Virus record (IMG/VR): IMGVR_UViG_2541047755_000010
DNA from: a virus
Taxonomy: Duplodnaviria > Heunggongvirae > Uroviricota > Caudoviricetes
Reading direction: 5' to 3' (one strand)
Length of the DNA: 32,432 nucleotides
The position numbers and the translations under genes were made by a program. The notes below the pieces were generated by a model. That model worked only from the letters and a program-made list of their open reading frames with translations. It had not been told where the DNA came from and searched no databases. Each line of letters starts with the position of its first letter. The stretch's first letter is position 1. Positions 8,454-17,078 of the stretch are shown one piece after another.

Positions 8454-9136
8454 TAAACAATACGTTACAAACATATGCAAAAAACATAGCAAGCTCAATT
8501 GTAATTGGGCTTATATGTGGTTTTGTTATTGTTTTTGTTTATTCAAAATACTCATTTTTAATTGATTTCGATCCTATAATTTCAAAGGGGATCTCTGTCT
8601 TTAGCGCCGTAATCATTAGCCTCATGTTTAAGCGACTAATTGATGCTGATGATAAAATAAAGGAGTTAGAACTCCCCGCAAACACTCCATCAAGGATAAA
8701 GGATTACTTTGATGATCAAAGAACTTCATACATTCTTGACACCACTAAAAACAAAGTAACCATTGCATATATTTTTACCCTGATTTTGTTTTTTTTGATA
8801 TCACTAACGTTATCAGCGTCAATAACAAAAGTTAATGTTTATTATGGGGTATTTTTTAATTCCGCACTAACGACTACTTGCTTGGTTTTTTCAGTGTATG
8901 CGATACTATTCATTAATAGACAGACGGACATTTCAAGAAACGCAAAGTCATTCTTAAGTGAAATAATAAAAACAGAACAAGAAAGACAAAAATTAATAGA
9001 CACCATAAATAAAAACATTCGTGATGGTGTTAGTAAGGTTAACACTACCGAAATAAGGAAAAACAAAGCATTCAATATTAGAGAGTATGTAGATAATTTA
9101 GAAAAAGAGGTTCCACCACCACAAGATAAGCAATAA
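8450..9136 (+). CDS. hypothetical four-helix membrane protein (228 aa), second gene of the cassette
   Basis: Four hydrophobic helix-length segments (IASSIVIGLICGFVIVFVY, ISVFSAVIISLMF, IAYIFTLILFFLISLTLSA, VYYGVFFNSALTTTCLVFSVYAILFI) followed by a charged coiled-coil-like C-terminal tail; translationally coupled to the upstream gene. Confidence 0.7.
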   Translation: MINNTLQTYAKNIASSIVIGLICGFVIVFVYSKYSFLIDFDPIISKGISVFSAVIISLMFKRLIDADDKIKELELPANTPSRIKDYFDDQRTSYILDTTKNKVTIAYIFTLILFFLISLTLSASITKVNVYYGVFFNSALTTTCLVFSVYAILFINRQTDISRNAKSFLSEIIKTEQERQKLIDTINKNIRDGVSKVNTTEIRKNKAFNIREYVDNLEKEVPPPQDKQ

Positions 9137-9144
9137 AACATTTT

Positions 9145-9180
9145 CATCCAGAGTCATTATTATAATGGACTCTGGATTTT
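9145..9180. terminator. bidirectional rho-independent terminator between the cassette and the portal gene
   Basis: ccagagtc…gactctgg stem followed by attttttg; sits between convergent genes (cassette on plus, Q on minus). Confidence 0.7.
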
Positions 9181-9192
9181 TTGCATTCATAC

Positions 9193-10230
9193 TTAATCAA
9201 AGGTATACGGCTTGAACTTAATTAAATTATCACCAAACCAATGATTTAATTCACGAATCCTATCTTGCAATGGAGTTAATTCATTGCGAACAAATACTTT
9301 TGCCACTTTCTCAATATCGCCCACTGAGCCGACGTTCTCAGGCTTGCCGCCCATCAACTGGAACGGGATGCGGTGCGCGTCGAGCAGGTCAGCGGCGCTG
9401 ACTTTCTTGATATTAAAAAAATCATCCTTCGTCGCGACTTCGCTCAGCGGCACAATTTTAATCCCATCCGGTTTACCGTGCGGTGCGTAGAAAAACAGAT
9501 TCTTAAAATTGCCGAGCCCTTTCGAGTCGCGCATCGCCTTTCGCAACGCTTCGACGTCAGTGCTGTTCTGAGCGGCATCGGTCACATACATGATGTACCC
9601 TGCGTGCGCGCCGTTCTGGTAATACTTGCGACGAAACAGTGTCGCTGACTCATTCAGCCAGGCTGAATTGAGTGCGCTCAGGTATTCCGGCATCCCGTAC
9701 AGCTCCTGATTAATATCAGGCTCAAGCAGGTGGAAGACGGAACCGGGCGAAAACTGGTGCGGTTGCGTGTAGGACTGGATATACCAGTACACGTCATCAT
9801 CAACGCCACGACGGGTATATTTGGCCGGTGAGGTCTCCAGCTTTAGCGGCTTGCCAGTCAGACCGCGACGCTCTTCGAGAAAGGCGTTGCCAAATACCAG
9901 ATAATCGAGCACGAACCGGCTGAAATCCTGACGCGATAACAGCGGGTGCGGGATGTAGGTCGACACCAGAATATTACGCTTCACGTAAATCGGTGAGCTG
10001 TGATGAACGGCGGCGCGCATGCTCTTCGCCAGCCCGGAGAAGCTCACCGGCGGCTCATACCATTGGCCGTTGTCGATGCACTCCACATAATCGAGAATGT
10101 CGCGGCGATCGAGTACCGGCGTCGGCTCGCCAAAGGTGAATGCCTCCATGCTCTGTGCCGATGCGGCGGTGTGACTTTGGGGGCGCGGCTGCTGTCGCTT
10201 GTTGTTGCGATTCTTGCTCATTAGTTCCAC
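9193..10230 (-). CDS. Q: portal protein (P2 gpQ family)
   Basis: 345-aa ORF immediately downstream of and overlapping the terminase large subunit gene, in the P2 Q-P arrangement; size matches P2 Q. Confidence 0.85.
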   Translation of the reverse strand: MELMSKNRNNKRQQPRPQSHTAASAQSMEAFTFGEPTPVLDRRDILDYVECIDNGQWYEPPVSFSGLAKSMRAAVHHSSPIYVKRNILVSTYIPHPLLSRQDFSRFVLDYLVFGNAFLEERRGLTGKPLKLETSPAKYTRRGVDDDVYWYIQSYTQPHQFSPGSVFHLLEPDINQELYGMPEYLSALNSAWLNESATLFRRKYYQNGAHAGYIMYVTDAAQNSTDVEALRKAMRDSKGLGNFKNLFFYAPHGKPDGIKIVPLSEVATKDDFFNIKKVSAADLLDAHRIPFQLMGGKPENVGSVGDIEKVAKVFVRNELTPLQDRIRELNHWFGDNLIKFKPYTFD

Positions 10231-11990
10231 TCCATAATACTGGATGACTGTTCGCCGGTCGCGGCGGTCAGCGGCTCATTGATTAATACGTGCATGGTTG
10301 CCCACGCGAGATCGGCGTGACTGGCTTCCTCGGTGCGGCTGGCCTCATAGGTCGAGCTGCGCCCGCTGCTGGTCATGGTTTTGCGGATAGACATAAACGA
10401 CTGCGTGATATCGGTCGCGCTGACGTCGTACTCGAGGCAACCGCGGCGAATGGTGTCTTTGGCTTTCAGCACCATTGCGGTTTTCATTTCCGGCGTGTAG
10501 CGGATTTCACGCGCTGCCGGGTAGAATGAGCGCACTAACTGGAAAACGCCCTGTCCGAGCCCGGTCGCATCGATGCCGATGTATTCGACGGTATATTTCT
10601 GCGTGAGCTCGCGAATGGATTCGGCCTGTTGAGCAAAATCCATCCCTTTCCACTGATGGCGCTCGAGGATTCGGAATCGTCCACCGGCGACGACTGGCGG
10701 CGCGATGACGACGCACCCGGCGCTGTCGCCGCGTAATGACGGGTCGTAACCAATCCACACCGGGCGGTGACCGAAAGGCCGGTCGGCAAATGGCGTGTAG
10801 TCCTCCCATTTCTCGAGGCTGTCGACCATGCAGCGTTGCAGCTCTTCGAACGGGAATACCGACGCTTTATCGTCGACGAACTCGCACATAAACAGATTAC
10901 GGAACTCATCGACGCTGTTCTCGCGCTTCAGCGTGTCGATGTTAAACAGTGTGCACCCTTTAGCGAGTGCGTCCTCGATGGTGACAATCTGCCGCCACTG
11001 GCCGTCCGGGCAAGCGACACCCTTCGCGAGTGCTGCGTGACTGATATCGATATCGACGCGCTCGCTCTTGTCTGAGCGTCCCTTGTTGAACTGCTCACCC
11101 GACCAGAACGGATAGGCACCGTGCGCCAGCGATGAGGGGGTCGAAAAATAGGTCGTGCGCAAATGCTCCTGTGAAGACATGCCACCGGCAACGCGCTTCA
11201 GCTTCTGGAAGTTGGGGATCCAGAAAATTTCATCGACATACAGGTCGCCGTTGTGGCTCTGCGCCGTGTTGGCATTGGTGCCGAGAAACATCAGCTCCGC
11301 GCCATTGTTGCCGAGCACAATCGGGTCGCCGGTGAGCTCGACGCCAGCCAGTCGGGCAAAGGCGATGATGTATTTTCGAAATACATAGGCCTGTGTCTTA
11401 CTGGCCGATAAAAATATCTGGTTGTGGCCGGTCTTCAGCGCCTGTAACAGCGCCTCTCGCGCAAAGTAGAATGTCGCTCCAATCTGTCGTGATTTCAGGA
11501 TGTGCCTGATACGGTGCGCCAGCCCCGCGCGCCACCACTCGAGCTGATAGTCGAAAGACTGGTCGAGGAAAATCTCTTCGAGCTTGTCGATAGCCTCTTC
11601 GCTGAAAAAGTTCTTTTTCGGCTTCTTCTTTTCCCCTTTGTTGCGGTTGGCCACGTTCGGGTTTAAATCCGCTGCGTTACCTGTCTGACCGTAACGACTG
11701 ACCCGCGCGAGGCGTTCCATCTGGCGCGCCAGAAAATCCGCGACCTTAAAGTCATGAGCCGTCAGGTCAGGCTTTGCATAGAGCTGAATCAGCCGAGCCT
11801 CGAGCGTGAACTCGACCCGGTTTAACGGTGCGGTTTTTTCCCATTTATCGCGCTGCTTCCAGCTCTGCACCGTGGGGCGCTTGACCTGCAACTGTTCCGC
11901 GATTTGTGGCACGGAATAGCCCTGCCAGAACAAAAGCGCGGCCTGTCGTCGCGGATCGTTGAGTAGTGATGTGTCGGTTGTAGTGGTCAT
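10221..11990 (-). CDS. P: terminase large (ATPase) subunit (P2 gpP family)
   Basis: 589 aa from the ATG at 11990 (GAGG RBS 5 nt upstream); N-terminus MTTTTDTSLLNDPRRQAALLFWQGYSVPQIAEQL resembles P2 P; divergent from O. Confidence 0.9.
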   Translation of the reverse strand: MTTTTDTSLLNDPRRQAALLFWQGYSVPQIAEQLQVKRPTVQSWKQRDKWEKTAPLNRVEFTLEARLIQLYAKPDLTAHDFKVADFLARQMERLARVSRYGQTGNAADLNPNVANRNKGEKKKPKKNFFSEEAIDKLEEIFLDQSFDYQLEWWRAGLAHRIRHILKSRQIGATFYFAREALLQALKTGHNQIFLSASKTQAYVFRKYIIAFARLAGVELTGDPIVLGNNGAELMFLGTNANTAQSHNGDLYVDEIFWIPNFQKLKRVAGGMSSQEHLRTTYFSTPSSLAHGAYPFWSGEQFNKGRSDKSERVDIDISHAALAKGVACPDGQWRQIVTIEDALAKGCTLFNIDTLKRENSVDEFRNLFMCEFVDDKASVFPFEELQRCMVDSLEKWEDYTPFADRPFGHRPVWIGYDPSLRGDSAGCVVIAPPVVAGGRFRILERHQWKGMDFAQQAESIRELTQKYTVEYIGIDATGLGQGVFQLVRSFYPAAREIRYTPEMKTAMVLKAKDTIRRGCLEYDVSATDITQSFMSIRKTMTSSGRSSTYEASRTEEASHADLAWATMHVLINEPLTAATGEQSSSIMEWN

Positions 11991-12030
11991 AAAACCTCGC
12001 CGTGATGAGTACACGGCAAGGCTAAAGATT

Positions 12031-12057
12031 CAGGGGGGATGAATCGCTAACCCCCTG
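12031..12057. promoter_or_regulatory. dyad-symmetry element in the divergent P/O late promoter region
   Basis: caggggggatgaatcgctaaccccctg has 7-bp perfect inverted arms (CAGGGGG/CCCCCTG) in the intergenic region between the divergent P and O operons. Confidence 0.4.
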
Positions 12058-12154
12058 TTGTGTCAGGGGTTGCACTTCTGTAACCGGTGGCTGGTGAGCG
12101 GCTGAGTCGGGAAACTACAACCGACCCGATAACCCAACTCAGGACACCTGACTC

Positions 12155-13018
12155 ATGGCTAAAAAAAATTCGAAATGGTTTCGCATCGGCGTCGAGGGTG
12201 ACACCTGCGACGGTCGCGTCATCAGTGCGACCGATATTCAGGACATGGCCGACGGCTTTGACCCGCGCGTCTACGGCTGTCGCATTAACCTCGAGCATAT
12301 CCGCAGCGTTATTCCCGACAGCCCGTTTTGCCGCTATGGCGATGTCACGGAAGTGAAAGCGCAAGTGATCGACGACGACTCGGCACTCAACGGCAAGCTG
12401 GCGCTGTTCGGCAAAATTGCCCCGCTCGACAACCTGCTCGCGATGCTGGCGAAAGGCCAGAAGGTTTACACCTCGATGGAAATTCGCCCGAACTTTGCCA
12501 ATACCGGCAAATGTCACCTCATCGGGCTGGCGGTAACCGATGACCCGGCAAGCCTCGGTACCGAATACCTGCAATTCTGCTCCCGCGTACAACAAAACCC
12601 ACTGGCCGGTAAGAAAGACCAGCCGGGCGACCTGTTCTCAGTGGCAACCCTTGCCGAGCTGGAATTCGAAGACCTGCCCGACAACCTGCTGACCAAAATC
12701 AGCGACACCGTGAAAGGCATCTTCAGCCGTAAACAGGCTGACGACGATGCGCGATTCGGTGACGTGCACGAAGCCGTGACCGCCATCGCCGTGCAGGTGC
12801 AGACCGGCGGCGAAAGCGCTGAGGTGCGTTTCAGCCAGCTTGAAAGTGATGTCGCTACCGTCAAAAAAGCGCTGAACGAACAGGCCGCAGCCACCACGCA
12901 GCAATTCAGCACCATCAAAAACACGCTGGAAAACACCGAAGACAAAACGCAACCGCGCCGCAAGTTAAGCGCCGGTGGCGACGGTGATTCGGCGGGCTCC
13001 ACGCTGACCGACTGCTAA
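12155..13018 (+). CDS. O: capsid scaffolding protein (P2 gpO family)
   Basis: 287-aa ORF, first gene of the rightward late operon divergent from P; size and position match P2 O. Confidence 0.85.
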   Translation: MAKKNSKWFRIGVEGDTCDGRVISATDIQDMADGFDPRVYGCRINLEHIRSVIPDSPFCRYGDVTEVKAQVIDDDSALNGKLALFGKIAPLDNLLAMLAKGQKVYTSMEIRPNFANTGKCHLIGLAVTDDPASLGTEYLQFCSRVQQNPLAGKKDQPGDLFSVATLAELEFEDLPDNLLTKISDTVKGIFSRKQADDDARFGDVHEAVTAIAVQVQTGGESAEVRFSQLESDVATVKKALNEQAAATTQQFSTIKNTLENTEDKTQPRRKLSAGGDGDSAGSTLTDC

Positions 13019-13049
13019 CCCCTGATAAACCCGAAGGAACACATAACCC

Positions 13050-14255
13050 ATGCGTAAAGAAACCCGTTTTCAATTCAATAAATATCTGAGCCGTATCGCC
13101 GAACTGAACGGCATCGAGGCCAGCGACCTCGACAAAAAATTCACTGTCGAGCCGTCGGTCACTCAGACCCTGTTTGACAAAATTCAGCAGTCGTCCAGCT
13201 TCCTGAAGCTCATCAACATGGTGACCGTTTCCGAGCTGACCGAAGAGAAAGTCGGCATCGATGTGACCGGCTCCATTGCCAGCACCGCTGACACCGACGG
13301 AGGTGTCGAGCGTAAAACCGCTGATTTCGCGAAGCTCGATGCATATCGCTATTTCTGCCACCCGGTGAACTTCGACTATCACCTGAAGTACAACAAACTC
13401 GACCTGTGGGCGCGTTTTCAGGATTTCCAAATCCGAATCCGTAACGCCATCATCAAGCGTCAGGCGCTGGATTACATCACTATCGGCTTTAACGGCGTGA
13501 GCCGGGCGGCGACTTCTGACCGTGCTCAGAATCCGCTGCTTCAGGACGTGGCTGTCGGCTGGTTGCAGAAATACCGCAACGATGCGCCCGAGCGCGTAAT
13601 GTCCTGCATTACCGATGATGACGGAAAAGTGATTTCCGACACCATCAAAATCGGCTCAAAAGATAAGGGTGGTCATTACGCCAACCTCGACGCGATGGTC
13701 ATGGATGCTTTCGAGTCGCTGGTCGCGGAAATTCACCGTGAAAACCCGGAAATGGTCGTTATCTGTGGTCGCCGTATCCTGACCGACAAATACTTCCCGA
13801 TGATTAACAAATTCCAGGCGAACAGCGAACAGCTCGCCGGTGAGCTGATTATCAGCCAGAAAACCATCGGTCAGCTTCAGGCGGTGCGCGCGCCGTTCTT
13901 CCCGGCAAACAGCGTTTTCATCACCACGCTGGATAACATTTCAATCTATCTGTACGAAGACGGCCACCGCCGCCACATCGTCGAGAATCCGAAACTGGAT
14001 CAGGTGGAGAACTACGAGCAGGTAAAAGTCGATTTTGTTATCGAAGACTACGAGGCCGGTTGCCTGATTGAGAATATCGAAATTCTCGAGCAGGAAGAAA
14101 CCGCCACCACCGAACCGGTCAGCGCGGCGGTATTTGCTGCTGAGATGGTCAAGGCAATGCAGTCTCTGACCGGCACCGCTCCGGCCAGCGCGCCTGTCGC
14201 TGACGGCGAAACTTCCCCGGCTGAAACCGGCACCACTGACGGCGTGGAGGCGTAA
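13050..14255 (+). CDS. N: major capsid protein (P2 gpN family) with a C-terminal extension
   Basis: N-terminus MRKETRFQFNKYLSRIAELNGIEASDLDKKFTVEPSVTQTLFDK resembles P2 N; 401 aa, longer than P2 N (357 aa) because of an acidic Thr/Ala/Pro-rich C-terminal tail. Confidence 0.88.
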   Translation: MRKETRFQFNKYLSRIAELNGIEASDLDKKFTVEPSVTQTLFDKIQQSSSFLKLINMVTVSELTEEKVGIDVTGSIASTADTDGGVERKTADFAKLDAYRYFCHPVNFDYHLKYNKLDLWARFQDFQIRIRNAIIKRQALDYITIGFNGVSRAATSDRAQNPLLQDVAVGWLQKYRNDAPERVMSCITDDDGKVISDTIKIGSKDKGGHYANLDAMVMDAFESLVAEIHRENPEMVVICGRRILTDKYFPMINKFQANSEQLAGELIISQKTIGQLQAVRAPFFPANSVFITTLDNISIYLYEDGHRRHIVENPKLDQVENYEQVKVDFVIEDYEAGCLIENIEILEQEETATTEPVSAAVFAAEMVKAMQSLTGTAPASAPVADGETSPAETGTTDGVEA

Positions 14256-14258
14256 CCG

Positions 14259-15017
14259 ATGGCAACCCCCGCACAGCGTCACGCGATGCGGGTCTCGGCT
14301 GTCAGGGCATCGCAGCGGGACAATGCCCCGCTGCGTCATGCCTCACCTTACGAGCAAATGCTCGTCAAGCTGGCCGCAGACCGCCGGACGCTATCAGCGA
14401 TTCGTTCTAAAGAACGCAAAGCGGATAAAAAACGCGAATTACTCCCGCTGTACCTGCCGTGGGTCGCTGGCGTACTGGAAAGCGGCACCGGCGCACAGGA
14501 TGACATTCTGATGACGGTGATGCTCTGGCGTCTGGATGCGGGGGATATCACCGGCGCTGTCGAGATTGCGCGCTATGCCCTGCGTTTTGACCTGTCTATG
14601 CCGGAAAATCATTCCCGCCCCGCGCCTTATATGCTGGCCGAAGAGGTCGCGCTCGCGGCTCTCCGCGCCCGTATCGCCGGTGAGCCGGTCGACGCTTCGC
14701 AACTGCTCGAGGTCATCGGGCTGACCGATGCCGCCGATATGCCTGACGAAGTGCGCGCCCGACTGCATAAGGTCACCGGTCTGACCCTGCGTGATGCCGG
14801 TCAGCTTCCTGATGCACTGGCGCACCTGCAACGCGCCTTACAGCTCGACACCAACGCCGGGGTAAGAAAGGACATTGAGACCCTCACTCGTGAGCTGAAC
14901 CCGAAACCGGTCGTCGTCAAAAAAACGGCGCCGAAAGCCGCGAAAAAGGCACCCGCGAAAAAACAAGATTCACCGGTGAAACGAGGGCGGGGACGCCCGA
15001 AGAAAGTCACCGGTTAA
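14259..15017 (+). CDS. M: terminase small/endonuclease subunit (P2 gpM family)
   Basis: 252-aa ORF following N with a GGAGG RBS; basic C-terminal tail containing an RGRGRPKK AT-hook-like motif. Confidence 0.85.
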   Translation: MATPAQRHAMRVSAVRASQRDNAPLRHASPYEQMLVKLAADRRTLSAIRSKERKADKKRELLPLYLPWVAGVLESGTGAQDDILMTVMLWRLDAGDITGAVEIARYALRFDLSMPENHSRPAPYMLAEEVALAALRARIAGEPVDASQLLEVIGLTDAADMPDEVRARLHKVTGLTLRDAGQLPDALAHLQRALQLDTNAGVRKDIETLTRELNPKPVVVKKTAPKAAKKAPAKKQDSPVKRGRGRPKKVTG

Positions 15018-15114
15018 CAGAACGCGCCCCGCGCCGGGCGGCACGCTGGTCAATGTCGGTGATTCACCGTAACTGCGACCGGCGTCCACCGCCCACCTAT
15101 TTACTGAGGTACTC

Positions 15115-15615
15115 ATGACCATGATTGTGATGAATAACCCGGCGCAACAGCGCGACCCGATGGTCATCCCGCCGGTGCCGGTTGACGAGCCGGTGATTAA
15201 AAACACGGCCTTTTTCCCGGATGTTGATCCGAAGCGCATGCGCGAAGAAATGCGCCTCGAGCAGACCGTGACGCCGGTGCGTCTGCGCCGGGCGATTAAA
15301 ACCGCGATGGCGGAGACCAACGCCGAGTTAACCGACTGGCGCGACCTTCAGCTCGCCGCCGGTTACGCGCGACTTGAGGATGTGCCGACGGATGAACTCG
15401 ACGGCGAAAGTGTGCGGGTTTTTCACTACTTCAACGCTGTTTGCTCGATGACGACCGCGACGCTGTACGAGCGTTACCGGGGCGTTGATGCGAGCGCCAA
15501 AGGTGACAAAAAGGCCGACAGCATCGATGACACCATCGATGAAATGTGGCGTGACATGCGCTGGTCGGTTGCCCGTATCCAGGACAAAGCGCGCTGCATC
15601 GTGGGGCAAATCTGA
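15115..15615 (+). CDS. L: head completion/stabilisation protein (P2 gpL family)
   Basis: 166-aa ORF; position and size match P2 L. Confidence 0.85.
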   Translation: MTMIVMNNPAQQRDPMVIPPVPVDEPVIKNTAFFPDVDPKRMREEMRLEQTVTPVRLRRAIKTAMAETNAELTDWRDLQLAAGYARLEDVPTDELDGESVRVFHYFNAVCSMTTATLYERYRGVDASAKGDKKADSIDDTIDEMWRDMRWSVARIQDKARCIVGQI

Positions 15616-15818
15616 TGAACATCTTCGCGCATCAGGGCGACACGCTCGACACGTTATGTCAGCGCCATTACGGGCGCACTGAAGGTGTGGTCGAGGCGGT
15701 ATTGCTGGCTAATCCGGGACTCGCCGAGCTGGGCGTCGTCCTGCCACATGGCACGGCGGTCAGTCTGCCTGAAGTTGACACCGCACCGGTATCGGAGACC
15801 GTGAATTTATGGGACTGA
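15615..15818 (+). CDS. X: tail protein X (P2 gpX family)
   Basis: 67-aa ORF, same size and position as P2 X. Confidence 0.8.
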   Translation: MNIFAHQGDTLDTLCQRHYGRTEGVVEAVLLANPGLAELGVVLPHGTAVSLPEVDTAPVSETVNLWD

Positions 15819-16030
15819 CTGTGGATAAAATCACAACCTTTCTGACCTACTGGCTGTCAGTGGTGCTGGCGTATTTCGGTACGCAGACGCCGGAACGGCT
15901 CGCGCTTTATGTCGGGGGAAGCTGCGCCATTTTTACCGCGCTGGTTAACTTCTGGTACCAGCGAAAGAAATACCGCTATCTCGTCTCGATGGGGATTGAT
16001 AAGGGGGTTATTCGTGGGCTCATTCGTTAA
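15809..16030 (+). CDS. holin, two-helix (pinholin-like)
   Basis: 73-aa ORF with two hydrophobic helices (ITTFLTYWLSVVLAYFG and LYVGGSCAIFTALVNFW) and a basic C-terminus, directly upstream of the endolysin. Confidence 0.75.
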   Translation: MGLTVDKITTFLTYWLSVVLAYFGTQTPERLALYVGGSCAIFTALVNFWYQRKKYRYLVSMGIDKGVIRGLIR

Positions 16031-16523
16031 ACGTTGCAGTGTGGCCGTCGTGCTGGCGCTGGCGGCACTGGTGCCTGATTTTCGTTTGCTTCACACCTCG
16101 CCGGAAGGGCTCGCGCTGATTGCCGACCTCGAGGGGTGCCGGTTGCGTCCTTACCAGTGCAGCGCGGGTGTGTGGACGTCAGGCATCGGCCACACTGCCG
16201 GGGTGGTACCGAAACGGGATATCACCGAGAAGGAAGCCGCCGCGAATCTGGTCGCCGACGTGCTGAACGTCGAGAAACGACTCGCGGTCTGTGTGCCGGT
16301 GGACATGCCACCCGCCGTCTATGACGCGCTGGTCAGCTTCGCTTTTAACGTCGGCACCGGCGCGGCCTGTCGCTCGACGCTGGTGTATCACCTGAAACAC
16401 CGGCAATGGTGGCAGGCCTGTGACCAGCTCACCCGCTGGGTGTTTGTGAATGGTGAGCGTAATGCCGGGGTCGAAAACCGCCGCTTTCGTGAGCGCACCT
16501 ACTGCCTGAAGGGGGTGAAATGA
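16014..16523 (+). CDS. endolysin, lysozyme-like with an N-terminal signal-anchor-release (SAR) type hydrophobic segment
   Basis: GTG at 16014 preceded by AAGGGGG; hydrophobic N-terminus MGSFVKRCSVAVVLALAALVPDF followed by a lysozyme-like region (…DLEGCRLRPYQCSAGVWTSGIGHT…). The ORF track extends upstream to 15909 but no RBS or ATG supports that. Confidence 0.8.
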   Translation: MGSFVKRCSVAVVLALAALVPDFRLLHTSPEGLALIADLEGCRLRPYQCSAGVWTSGIGHTAGVVPKRDITEKEAAANLVADVLNVEKRLAVCVPVDMPPAVYDALVSFAFNVGTGAACRSTLVYHLKHRQWWQACDQLTRWVFVNGERNAGVENRRFRERTYCLKGVK

Positions 16524-16933
16524 AAACGATAGTCGTGTTGTTAGTGCTGGCCGTGGCCGGGCTGCTCTGGATGCGCCACGAAAACACCAGTCTGACCCGT
16601 TCCTTTGAACGGGCGAATAAAGTCGCCGGTGACCAAAAAACGGTGATTACCATGCTGAAAAGCCAGCTTAAAACGGCCTCCCGTATCCGTGGGGAAAATG
16701 AGACCGCTCAGGTCTTACTGCGCGGTGAGCTCATCGATGCCGGAGCGCGGGCACAGCGTCGGGAACAGACCATTACGAGGTTACTCAATGAAAATGAACA
16801 GCTTCGCCGCTGGTATAGCGCTGATTTACCTGATGCTGTGCGCCGGTTGCACCAGCGCGCCGCCTGTGCCGACGCCGGTGATTGTTTACAACGCATGTCC
16901 GAAGGTCAGCCTTTGCCCGATGCCGGGAAGTGA
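16520..16933 (+). CDS. lysB: inner-membrane spanin subunit (LysB/Rz-like)
   Basis: 137-aa ORF with an N-terminal transmembrane segment (MKTIVVLLVLAVAGLLW) and a coiled-coil periplasmic region; start overlaps the endolysin stop. Confidence 0.8.
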   Translation: MKTIVVLLVLAVAGLLWMRHENTSLTRSFERANKVAGDQKTVITMLKSQLKTASRIRGENETAQVLLRGELIDAGARAQRREQTITRLLNENEQLRRWYSADLPDAVRRLHQRAACADAGDCLQRMSEGQPLPDAGK

Positions 16934-17078
16934 CCCGACTACCAATGGCGACCTGAGCGCGGATATACGCCAGCTCGAAAGCGCCCTCGAGCGCTGTGCG
17001 CTTCAGGTCAGAACGATAAAACACTGTCAGGATAAAATCGATGTACAAGCCGAAGAGTCTGCGAAAAGCCTTAACTGA
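16788..17078 (+). CDS. lysC: outer-membrane lipoprotein spanin subunit (LysC/Rz1-like), overlapping lysB in a different frame
   Basis: MKMNSFAAGIALIYLMLCAGC carries a lipobox (LCAGC) signal peptide followed by a Pro-rich region; the gene starts inside lysB and extends beyond it, the classic overlapped spanin arrangement. Confidence 0.75.
   Translation: MKMNSFAAGIALIYLMLCAGCTSAPPVPTPVIVYNACPKVSLCPMPGSDPTTNGDLSADIRQLESALERCALQVRTIKHCQDKIDVQAEESAKSLN

Noticed and set aside
7470-9136. Assignment of the two-gene cassette to Kiwa (KwaA membrane protein plus KwaB)
   Set aside because: Protein sizes are roughly compatible, but the gene order here is soluble-then-membrane, opposite to kwaA-kwaB as I recall it, and I cannot verify DUF4868 similarity by eye. 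Left as unassigned.
10290-11388. Several ORFs of 67-124 aa on both strands within the terminase large-subunit gene
   Set aside because: All overlap the 589-aa terminase CDS; their Arg/Ser/Ala/Cys-rich translations are characteristic of alternative frames in high-GC coding DNA.
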